Shown here piece by piece: positions 28,901 through 36,343 of a stretch of DNA of 64,000 bases (within the stretch, counting starts at the first letter, position 1; each line of letters starts with the position of its first letter). The stretch is from contig CAVKLJ010000003.1 in the NCBI GenBank assembly GCA_963657245.1, positions 1,219 to 65,218 on the forward strand. The letters are read 5' to 3'. This DNA is from Lachnospiraceae bacterium (GTDB lineage Bacteria; Bacillota_I; Bacilli_A; RFN20; CAG-826). The translations under genes were made by a program, and so were the position numbers. Below the pieces are notes generated by a model. It had not been told where the DNA came from. It did not search any database and worked only from the letters and a program-made list of their open reading frames with translations.

Positions 28901-29603
28901 TAATGAGCTAATAGAGGGGTACAAAGAAGATATAAAAAACAGCAAAGTTAGTAAACTAATCGAATACGTTGATCCGAGTTTGCTAAACGAGCTTCAAGAA
29001 ATTGATGTGAAGACAGAAATCTCGCTCGTTGATGCCTTTAGACTATATTCTGAAGATGAGAATTTCCGCAGGCTTCTCTCTTCCGGATATGTCGCATATA
29101 AAGATGGATGCTTCGTGACGAAATCGAACGTTCCTTTGAAGTTTGTCGATGTTTTAAAAGATAAAAAGATATTAGGGATAAAAACAATTCAAGCAAACGG
29201 AAGCGAGAAGGAGAAATATGAGAAATATTTATCTTCTTTAAGAATAATCGAAAAGATATTTAATGACAAAAAAATAGCAACTTTAGATGAGTGCCTTGCT
29301 AAACTTTTTGATGAACGAGGGTGGAGTGTAGAGGACTTTGAAAGAAAAACTTTTTTAAGCAGAGACATTTTTAGCAAAATCAAGAATAACAAAAGAAATA
29401 ATCTACAAAAAATCACAATTATAAAGATATTAATAGGGCTGAAACTGTCAAAAACCGAAAGAGACTTCTTGTTAGAACTTAATAACACTCAGCTCTCGGA
29501 ATTTGATAAGAATGATGTTCAATATAGTTTTATTCTTGATTCCAAAATCGATATAGGGATGGCTGACGAATTGCTAAAAAAATTAGGAAAAGATGGTTTT
29601 TAG
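25911..29603 (+). CDS. STAND-like P-loop NTPase with long helical middle region and C-terminal HTH module (1230 aa)
   Basis: FVGRQKE lead-in, Walker A GSAGIGKS (26058-26081), Walker B LFFIDDA (26208-26228), GxP-like SKGNVRLAS (~26457-26480). About 900 aa of K/E/N/I/L-rich sequence follow. The last ~110 aa (29268-29600) are an XRE-like HTH module paralogous to ORF 11002..11391. Confidence 0.75.
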   Translation: MSIKLDDLETFKKHRNKISESLTSEFVGRQKEINDICNLLSQKDFVAITGSAGIGKSRLAVAAIEKYVSENKNITVLCVKSFGDYISAIEDSIEDSKKYLFFIDDANDYKKLGELIECLNYCKQDNVKAVFTVRDYLKDCIDDESIVFYEVRPLNNKEIKEVIKENTPIKSDKWLNKIADISKGNVRLASIIADVALKDEKDFASLFNVQNIMNSFYKEQIAKMNGSSNLLITAGIISFFRTTYLNQLFYISPILKLAGITKQEFLHYVDTLISMELVDECVGVVKISDQCFADYLLNYVFIEKKYIKIKDLIVSTYKYYEKRIVESLNAILSTCLTDDSVSYLKNELLNSYSSIEDIELKNKIEVAFAPLTLDHAAMEFKNGVESYSDKKDIGWLLELFKTLAKTEYQSVANEGIMRLLKKTGTNKIHVFKAIDDAYSLDYDSVRSSFVYLDSFVCYLIDHRINDEPLLLLVSSYLKYSFRDSRFIGNKRLEFCAFNVRDDMSKIIPFRRKCWDYIFEYGKDKSLDAIIDFAKYHIAEDNQKIMQSDLEAINKHLENLENKDLIYAVLCEEFKDDAKNYNFENMLYSSAKHSDILKIILEKPTNGQNYETFEKSHEENVKSFYVANKSNIFEKIRNIDLISNYYAQDIKNFLSILIHYLDEFSSSILSVFVRYKVHPLSVVEKASSIVELETLYNEIKSIDDSTMREEYLYAFYSYINSQNNENLFGFETWIKSKQDLDTKPIFGRNLLSLRQISENSGISYVKLVKIILKKRQYNDVIAKEYLSCMFFKENAFKELLNLDRDLAIAIYEFLIDHAENDYKNKALKEIISLKRNYIKTFAIRYLDAETIDENGLDEIIFDDDNYKLFFDTCINAGKEKLPYFFPLNLQRFVSHHLGNQKMLDWIEGYIDKNRNDNKAMESLFSVLARIDDKYKNGFIIKYYERGKDEEVLKCALSNVCVSYSLNSAESYLTIKIKNLASLKASLIKWDNLNLVSFINELIEGYKEDIKNSKVSKLIEYVDPSLLNELQEIDVKTEISLVDAFRLYSEDENFRRLLSSGYVAYKDGCFVTKSNVPLKFVDVLKDKKILGIKTIQANGSEKEKYEKYLSSLRIIEKIFNDKKIATLDECLAKLFDERGWSVEDFERKTFLSRDIFSKIKNNKRNNLQKITIIKILIGLKLSKTERDFLLELNNTQLSEFDKNDVQYSFILDSKIDIGMADELLKKLGKDGF

Positions 29604-29795
29604 AAGAAAAATAAAAAAATATATTTCTAAAAAATACAAAATGACCATATAGGAGGACGAATTTATGAAAAACTGTTCAAAAAGCCCATAAACTCTGTAT
29701 TTTGATAAAATACGGGCATTTTTAAATCCTCTTTAGAATTTGGATAAGAACGCACTTAGATACGTTCAAATCTAAATATTACAGGAGGAAATAAA

Positions 29796-30452
29796 ATGTC
29801 TAAGACAATAATTGATGACGGTTATTCGTCATACCTAGTTGAAGGTGCTACCTTTGTAGGCAAGTACCAGATACCATCCATCCCCAAACATGATGTGATT
29901 CTCATCCCAAAGGACATGATTCCGTTCGACAAGAGGAATGTCGTGAAAGAAAGAGATCTAGCGATAGATTTCTACATGCACGATGTGACCTTCAGACAAG
30001 TTCTCACATCGACAAGTAAATACCTTGACGAACTATCAAGGTTTGCAGCCGTGATCTCACCAGACTGTTCCTTATATAGGGACATGCCGCTATGCTTACA
30101 GATAACCAACACCTATATGAATAGAGCTGTCGGCTTCTATCTTCAAAAGAATGGCTTGTATGTAATTCCGAACGTCAGATGGGGAGATGAAAGAAGCTTT
30201 GAATTCTGCTTCCAAGGACTTCCTACAAACGACATCGTATGTGTCAGCACGCATGGCTGCATCAAAGGCAAGGAAAACAAGTATTATTTCAGGCTAGGCT
30301 TAGAAGTAATGCTTAACATCTTGAAACCTCAGGTCGTGCTAGTGCATGGCTCAATGCCGGATGAAGTGTTCTCTAATTTCCTGAGCGAAACGAAGTTCGT
30401 CCATTACGAGAGCTATATCTCCAAGATGAGAGGAGGTAAGCACAATGGGTAG
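29796..30452 (+). CDS. DUF4417-like protein (218 aa)
   Basis: Strong SD AGGAGG at 29783-29788. VISPDCSLYRDMPLCLQITNTYMNRAVGFYLQKNGLYVIPNVRWGDERSF...VCVSTHGC resembles the DUF4417 consensus as I recall it. Visibly higher G+C than its neighbours. Confidence 0.65.
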   Translation: MSKTIIDDGYSSYLVEGATFVGKYQIPSIPKHDVILIPKDMIPFDKRNVVKERDLAIDFYMHDVTFRQVLTSTSKYLDELSRFAAVISPDCSLYRDMPLCLQITNTYMNRAVGFYLQKNGLYVIPNVRWGDERSFEFCFQGLPTNDIVCVSTHGCIKGKENKYYFRLGLEVMLNILKPQVVLVHGSMPDEVFSNFLSETKFVHYESYISKMRGGKHNG

Positions 30453-30930
30453 CGGAATATCTGGAAGTTATAGCGGAACAAAACCGACCGAAGCCTCTCA
30501 ACAATACGCAAAAAGTTATGGCGTGACTCCCGAAATGCTTAAATTTGACATCGACAGAGGAGTTTACAATGGATCGTACGAGAAGAATCCAACCGCGAAA
30601 AATATATATGATGTTATAAACGGCGAATATATAATTTCCGCAAAACGCGACAGATATTTAACGTATGTTATTGATATGAATGACAACATAATCGTTGCTG
30701 AGAGAAATGGTAATGGTTTTGGAGGCAAAGCCACACCACATCCGACTTTAATTGGTGGAAAAAATCCAAGGGTTAAGTTCGCAGGAATATTGCATCTAGA
30801 GGGAGGAAAAATCACTTCATATGATCATATGAGCGGCCATTATAAGCCAAACATTAAATCTATGAGTGTAGCTAAAAAAGCATTCGATAAATTGCCAAAC
30901 TATGTGTTTAAGGGAGGAAAGAAAAAATGA
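30445..30930 (+). CDS. small basic protein with His-motif C-terminal half, toxin-module-like (161 aa)
   Basis: GGAGG 8 nt upstream. The start overlaps the previous stop by 8 nt. Cys-free and K-rich, with motifs TPHPTLIGG, HLEGG and DHMSGHYKP. No family assigned. Confidence 0.55.
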   Translation: MGSGISGSYSGTKPTEASQQYAKSYGVTPEMLKFDIDRGVYNGSYEKNPTAKNIYDVINGEYIISAKRDRYLTYVIDMNDNIIVAERNGNGFGGKATPHPTLIGGKNPRVKFAGILHLEGGKITSYDHMSGHYKPNIKSMSVAKKAFDKLPNYVFKGGKKK

Positions 30931-31379
30931 TAAAAATTGAAAATAAAATTTTAAAAAAAATGTTTAATTCTGATTATTGGAAAATGAGTAATGACGAGTT
31001 GGCGAAACTTGAGGAACAAGCTAATTCCATTTTGCAGAAAAACTCATGGAGTGATGTTTACGAAAACCTTGACTTCTTTTTGAGAAATGAATGTAAGACA
31101 GAGGACGATGTGATTAACTTTGTTCATTTTTTCGTGCATTATTACGGATTAAAATTTCAAATCCCTAGTCAATACGATCCATATGACCTAATAGGATATA
31201 TCCTATCGATGGTCAATTTGGAAAAAAGATGGGACGATTGTGGAGGCTTGTTTGATGACTTTGCTAATCAAGCCTTAAGAATTGATTTATATAATGACCC
31301 TTATTATCAATTTTGGAGAGATCCAAAAATTCTAGCCATTGCAGAAAAGTATAAGGAGAAAAAGAATGGACTACATTAG
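30927..31379 (+). CDS. small acidic Trp-rich protein, immunity/antitoxin-like (150 aa)
   Basis: ATGA stop/start overlap with the preceding basic ORF. GGGAGG SD. D/E- and W/Y/F-rich sequence that looks helical. No family assigned. Confidence 0.5.
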   Translation: MIKIENKILKKMFNSDYWKMSNDELAKLEEQANSILQKNSWSDVYENLDFFLRNECKTEDDVINFVHFFVHYYGLKFQIPSQYDPYDLIGYILSMVNLEKRWDDCGGLFDDFANQALRIDLYNDPYYQFWRDPKILAIAEKYKEKKNGLH

Positions 31380-31917
31380 ATTATCAAAGGAAATCTCATA
31401 TGCATTAAGACATGCACCATGGGAATACGAGCTTGAGCTCGATGAGAATGGTTTCGTTTCCATCAAGCAATTGCTCCATTCTCTGAACTCATCAAACGAG
31501 TATGACAGAGAAATAACAAAAGAAGATTTAGAATACATTATCTCTTGCTCAGATAAGAAGAGGCACGAAATAGTCGGAGATAAAATTAGAGCGCTTTACG
31601 GCCATTCTATTCCAACAAAAATCGAGAAAACTACTGCAATTCCACCGGATATTCTATATCACGGTACAGCAAAGAGATTCCTTGATTCCATAATGAAAGA
31701 TGGATTACTTCCAATGAAGAGACAATACGTTCATCTAAGCGTAGATACGGATATGGCAACACTTGTCGGAAAAAGGAGAGATCATAATCCAATAATTCTT
31801 GTGATTGATGCTAAAACTGCATCAAAGGACGGAATAAAATTCTATATTGGAAACGACAAAGTCTGGCTTTGCGATAAGATGCCTGCAAAATATATCAAGA
31901 TCCTAGAGAACGACTAA
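31366..31917 (+). CDS. kptA: RNA 2'-phosphotransferase KptA/Tpt1 family
   Basis: Start set at ATG 31366 behind AAGGAG (MDYIRLSKEISYALRH...). Collinear with E. coli KptA: LRH, SDKKR, GHS, LYHGT..RFL, RxYVHLS. All four catalytic R-H-R-R positions are present. Confidence 0.88.
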   Translation: MDYIRLSKEISYALRHAPWEYELELDENGFVSIKQLLHSLNSSNEYDREITKEDLEYIISCSDKKRHEIVGDKIRALYGHSIPTKIEKTTAIPPDILYHGTAKRFLDSIMKDGLLPMKRQYVHLSVDTDMATLVGKRRDHNPIILVIDAKTASKDGIKFYIGNDKVWLCDKMPAKYIKILEND

Positions 31918-31939
31918 TTTAAAATCCTGAGCAAAAAAA

Positions 31940-34900
31940 TTAATCCAGTTCTTTTTTCTTTTTGTGAATATGATAAACGAATCTACCAATCGTATATGTG
32001 GCAATCGAAACGGTTGCAACACTTGCAAGAATACATCCTTCTTTTAAATAAGGAGTCTCATATTTCATAACGTAGGTTTGTTCACCTTCTGGAGCTAAGA
32101 AGCCAACAAATCCACCATCGAGTTTATAAGTCTTACAAGCCTTGGTAACACCATCTTTTGAAGTTGCAGTAACTTTCCATCCTGCATCATATCCTAAAGC
32201 AGTTACAACAAGCTTCTTTGAAGAGAAGTTAGATGAAAATGTTGCTTTATTTGTAGAGTAGGTCGCATTGGTTAATGCGTATTCCTCGCTTTGATATTTA
32301 TGATAGAAAGCTTCGATATCGCTACGATTTGCAACATACACTCCATATGTTCCAGGAATAGTCGCAACCGCATCATTAATTCCAGGATTGCTAAAATCAC
32401 TTGGTTTAGCGTTTAAACAGATATATTTAACTTTGCCTTTTGGATAGAAACCAAATACATCCGCGGAGGTTGATCCACCAACTCTCTTTGAAGAATATGT
32501 GCTTAACGTATTGTAATCATAAGATAAGAGTTGATCTTGATGAATTACGCCATTCTCATCGGTATAGTCTCCAATCAAATAAACACGAGTTTTATAAGAA
32601 GAAGATGAAGCAACGTTAAACATCAAAGAAATATAAGCGCCGCTCCAATCTGAATTGAAATAGGTATCTCCATTTGCTGGAGTAAAGACAACCGTTTCAT
32701 AATCAGGAACATAATCATTTCCATTTGTACGGATAGAATCGTAATGTTTCAAGAAATATGTAACGCCATATGTTTTCTTATCTGATTCAGAATAACCAAT
32801 GAAGTTTGTGTTGGTGTGTCTATAGATCTTTTTCTTCAAGGATATTTGTTTTAAAAGAGTAGACGCATCAGGGGCTGAAGAAACCACAAATCCTTCATCT
32901 TTTAAAGAATCAATATCTTCATCTTTAACTATCGCTCCAGAGGTATAAACCTCCTCGTTACGATTGATTTCATTGAAAACTCCACTGGCGGATAAATTCA
33001 CTTTATAGAAATCATCTTTATAGGAATTGCTTCCGTCTTTGTTTTCTTTGTAAATGTAATCAACGGCATGTCCAAAACTATTTTCGTTAACAAGTGAAGA
33101 AGAATAGAAACGTAAAGCACTCTTTTCATCTCCATAAACTAACTTGGAATCCCATGGGACGTTGTCGCTATTGAGATATTTATCGTTTTCTTCGTTAACG
33201 ATGCAGCTTTCCCAATCGCCATATCCTTCATTCTTGATGCCGTAATATTTGATATTGAAGGCAACGTCTGCCCCCACGCGTTTATTGCCATAATATGCCG
33301 ACCAAGATTTGTTGTAATAGGTCTGTCCATAAGCGGTCCCTTCATATTCGTGTCTATTCATATGCGAATATAAGGCGAGTTGGTTTACATCGTAATTAAA
33401 CAATGAGTGGAAATTGCTTGTTCCATTGAAATCAAACACTTCCTGAGCGTTATTCTCTGGCATACCTTCAATGAAAGCGCGGTAATAAGTATTTCCGTCA
33501 AAAGAGTTAATTTCTTTAAACGCGTTTGTCACGCAGTTTCTATAGGAAATTCCACCATTCCAATTGTTGTAATTCCAAGTGCCCATATAGGCAAAGGACG
33601 CATTGCCCCAAATAATGGTTTCAACCATGACTATGCCGCCAAGGATCTTAAGCAACAATTCTTTCTTTTTCACGAAAAGAATGATCAATCCAACAACGAA
33701 GTCCATTCCAAGTTGGAAATAAACAATCCATAGAGTCGAATATCCACTTACGACCGAAGGAACACTATATCTAGTAACCCAATATGTCGTTAATGATGTC
33801 TCAAATGTTTTATCTTTAAGAACGACAATACAAAGAATCCAAGTAAGAGTTGCTAAGAATAAAGAAAGGGCAGCCCCACTAATTGGAACCCATTTAGGTT
33901 CATCTTTTAATCTATCTAACTCCTGGCAAGCGTAATAGATGATGATTGGAACAAGAACGATATACCATCTTCCATATCCATCACCTGTAAAGGCATAGAA
34001 GAAATAATAAGCGAAATCAGTAAAGACCAAATAGGCGACCAATATAAAAGCAATTATGTGTGAAACTTTCTTTCTTCTGATTGAAGAAACAAAGGCAATC
34101 CAGAACATAACAACCATTGGGGTATAGCAGAAAAGGGACGCAACCCAAGCATCATATTGAATGCCACCACTAGAAGTCATACCACTTGCAACAGGTAAGG
34201 CTAAATAACCATATGTAGGATAGAAAAATCCAATTAACCCCTGTAATTCCCTGCCAGGATGTTGCCCAACTAATTCAAATAGACGAGCAAATAGAGTTTT
34301 TCCATCCAATGTTTTTATGGCAGTAAGTAAAGAGTTTAAGTAAGCCGCACCAATCGAAGTTGTTCTTCCTGTAAGAGATGATTCCCTTAACGAAGGGAAA
34401 AGACTCCAGGAGCATAACATGATTCCACATGCGAAAGACATAACCCCTAAAAGAATTACAAAAATATTATCTTTCCAATTGCGTTTCTTGATTGTCCAAA
34501 GGTATCTCCAAATGGCATATATAACACCGAAGATGCAAATAACCACAAGGAAGAAGAAAGACATAAGTCCAAGCAAAGCTAAGGAAATCGATAAGGTGAT
34601 TATTTTCTTTTCTTTGATAACTTTCTCGATGCCTAAAAGAACAAGCGGAACCATTGAACAAACGGAAACAACCGAAGGGAAACCAACCATAAAGTTCAAA
34701 TATCCATTGAAAGCAAAAGCAAGGCCACCAACTCTAGCTGATCCTTCGCTAACACCAAGATACTTAAGATAGGCTCTTGTTGCTAACGCTCCGACAACTC
34801 CTTTAAAGAAGGTTGCAATGACAAAAGTCTGAGGAATTATTGAGCGTGGAAAAATATAACAAATAATCAAGAATGGATCGAATAAGCCATAGTAGGAATT

Positions 34901-35239
34901 CGAACCAATATTATCCGTTCCTAAATATGTGTCCGTGCCATAAAGTTCAAAAACGCCTGTTCTAAAGAATTTATGCCAAGCATCCCAAAACGAATATGTA
35001 AATGTGACGTATTGTCCTGTATAGTCAGTCCAAGGATAGAACTGGGTGAAATGGTTTGTCACTAAGGAATAGGCACACCAAAGCATGCCTAAAACAAAGA
35101 CCATCACTCCATAATAGAAGAGAGATTTGTTATCGAAAAGAAAAGGAAGATGCTTATGCATCCAGGAAGAAAAGCTTCCTTTTTCTTTTCTTAATTCCGA
35201 GAGGGAAACGTTTTTACTTTCGCTTACTTCTGCTTCCAT
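31940..35239 (-). CDS. YfhO-family polytopic membrane protein (GT-C-like) with large C-terminal extracytoplasmic domain (1099 aa)
   Basis: N-terminal half has more than 12 TM segments, with YfhO-like motifs (GTDNIGSNSYYGLFDPF). The C-terminal ~500 aa are soluble, and there is one final TM segment. Confidence 0.72.
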   Translation of the reverse strand: MEAEVSESKNVSLSELRKEKGSFSSWMHKHLPFLFDNKSLFYYGVMVFVLGMLWCAYSLVTNHFTQFYPWTDYTGQYVTFTYSFWDAWHKFFRTGVFELYGTDTYLGTDNIGSNSYYGLFDPFLIICYIFPRSIIPQTFVIATFFKGVVGALATRAYLKYLGVSEGSARVGGLAFAFNGYLNFMVGFPSVVSVCSMVPLVLLGIEKVIKEKKIITLSISLALLGLMSFFFLVVICIFGVIYAIWRYLWTIKKRNWKDNIFVILLGVMSFACGIMLCSWSLFPSLRESSLTGRTTSIGAAYLNSLLTAIKTLDGKTLFARLFELVGQHPGRELQGLIGFFYPTYGYLALPVASGMTSSGGIQYDAWVASLFCYTPMVVMFWIAFVSSIRRKKVSHIIAFILVAYLVFTDFAYYFFYAFTGDGYGRWYIVLVPIIIYYACQELDRLKDEPKWVPISGAALSLFLATLTWILCIVVLKDKTFETSLTTYWVTRYSVPSVVSGYSTLWIVYFQLGMDFVVGLIILFVKKKELLLKILGGIVMVETIIWGNASFAYMGTWNYNNWNGGISYRNCVTNAFKEINSFDGNTYYRAFIEGMPENNAQEVFDFNGTSNFHSLFNYDVNQLALYSHMNRHEYEGTAYGQTYYNKSWSAYYGNKRVGADVAFNIKYYGIKNEGYGDWESCIVNEENDKYLNSDNVPWDSKLVYGDEKSALRFYSSSLVNENSFGHAVDYIYKENKDGSNSYKDDFYKVNLSASGVFNEINRNEEVYTSGAIVKDEDIDSLKDEGFVVSSAPDASTLLKQISLKKKIYRHTNTNFIGYSESDKKTYGVTYFLKHYDSIRTNGNDYVPDYETVVFTPANGDTYFNSDWSGAYISLMFNVASSSSYKTRVYLIGDYTDENGVIHQDQLLSYDYNTLSTYSSKRVGGSTSADVFGFYPKGKVKYICLNAKPSDFSNPGINDAVATIPGTYGVYVANRSDIEAFYHKYQSEEYALTNATYSTNKATFSSNFSSKKLVVTALGYDAGWKVTATSKDGVTKACKTYKLDGGFVGFLAPEGEQTYVMKYETPYLKEGCILASVATVSIATYTIGRFVYHIHKKKKELD

Positions 35240-36320
35240 ATTTTCTCGCCTTAACTTGCTTATGAGGCTTCCCTTGTCCTTTATTTACACGATCTTTTGC
35301 TTGTTTCTTTGAGCCACGTGTCTTGCTCTGATTCTTTCCTAAGGCATGGCCTTTTGCTTGTCTCTTATTTTCTTTGACAACAAAGTCTCCATCGGAAGCC
35401 ATAAGTTTCTTGAAATTAGGTGGAATAGGACAATTAAGCTTATATTCCTTGCCATTTAAAGGATTTGTGAAATCTAATTCATAAGCGTGTAAGCCTAAAC
35501 GACGTAATGGGTTAGAAGGTTCTCCATAACGATCATCGCCAATGATGTAATATCCCTTATGTCCTAATTGAACACGGATCTGGTTTTTCCTGCCTGTCGA
35601 AATATTTACATCAAGTAAGGCATATTTCTTATTTGTCGCAATTTTCTTATAGTCGGTAATGCAAAGCTTGCCTTTTCTCTTATCTTTCGTGACGTAAACA
35701 TTGAAAGTTACTTCATCTGTCGCAAGGTAGTTTTCTAAATGCCCTTTTTCTGGAATATCATTAGGTTCAACAATCGCGTAATATCCACGTTTCTTAACAA
35801 TATCTGACCAGTTATCTTGTAAGGCTTCTTTTGTTTCGTAATTCTTTGCAAAAATCAAAACGCCCGATGTGTCTTCATCAAGGCGGTGAACAACAAAAAT
35901 ACGGGCATTACGATCTTTTTGAGTGATGTAATCGCTAATCAAACGATAAGCCGTTCTTCCTTTTTCCCTATCTGAGGCAATCGAAAGAAGGCCACTAGGT
36001 TTATTGATGGCAATGATATCTTTGTCTTCGTAAATAATTGGAAGATCTTTTCTTTGATGCTTGGCAATTCTGTTATAAGAAAGAATAACCTCATCATCAG
36101 GATATAGTTTGTATTTGAAAAGAGAGACTGGAGCCCCACCTACCGCTACTTGGTGATTGGCGATAATGCGACAAATATTATGTTGGGATTGGTTAGGTAT
36201 TTTTTCTTTAAGGAAATCCAAAAGACAAGTTTCTTCAGTAACAAGGAATGTTTTTGTCTTATTTGGATCGATTAATCCTTTTTTTGATCTATTAAATTGT
36301 TTTTTATCGTTCTTATTCAT
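35214..36320 (-). CDS. RluA-family pseudouridine synthase with S4 domain and basic C-terminal extension
   Basis: Catalytic HRLDEDTSGVLIFAK, and KNQIRVQL near the C-terminus of the core. A ~50-aa K/R/Q-rich tail overlaps the yfhO-like start by 26 nt. Confidence 0.85.
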   Translation of the reverse strand: MNKNDKKQFNRSKKGLIDPNKTKTFLVTEETCLLDFLKEKIPNQSQHNICRIIANHQVAVGGAPVSLFKYKLYPDDEVILSYNRIAKHQRKDLPIIYEDKDIIAINKPSGLLSIASDREKGRTAYRLISDYITQKDRNARIFVVHRLDEDTSGVLIFAKNYETKEALQDNWSDIVKKRGYYAIVEPNDIPEKGHLENYLATDEVTFNVYVTKDKRKGKLCITDYKKIATNKKYALLDVNISTGRKNQIRVQLGHKGYYIIGDDRYGEPSNPLRRLGLHAYELDFTNPLNGKEYKLNCPIPPNFKKLMASDGDFVVKENKRQAKGHALGKNQSKTRGSKKQAKDRVNKGQGKPHKQVKARKYGSRSKRK

Positions 36321-36343
36321 AATAACGGTATTCTATCAAAGTT

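Noticed and set aside
30445-30930. 161-aa ORF as a 2H cyclic phosphodiesterase, which would fit the Tpt1 product Appr>p.
   Set aside because: Only one H-x-T-hydrophobic motif (HPTL) is present. The next His motifs are ~10-30 residues away rather than ~80, and no His occurs in the N-terminal 98 residues. This is inconsistent with the duplicated 2H fold.
25765-31939. Island as a prophage, ICE or transposon.
   Set aside because: No integrase, recombinase, transposase, tRNA target or flanking direct repeats were seen. Only compositional mosaicism supports horizontal origin, so no mobile_element feature is called.
33139-34772. Short ORFs inside the yfhO-like gene (33139..33345, 33407..33733, 34419..34772, 34467..34661).
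   Set aside because: Nested in alternate or antisense frames of a continuous 1099-aa ORF that carries family motifs.
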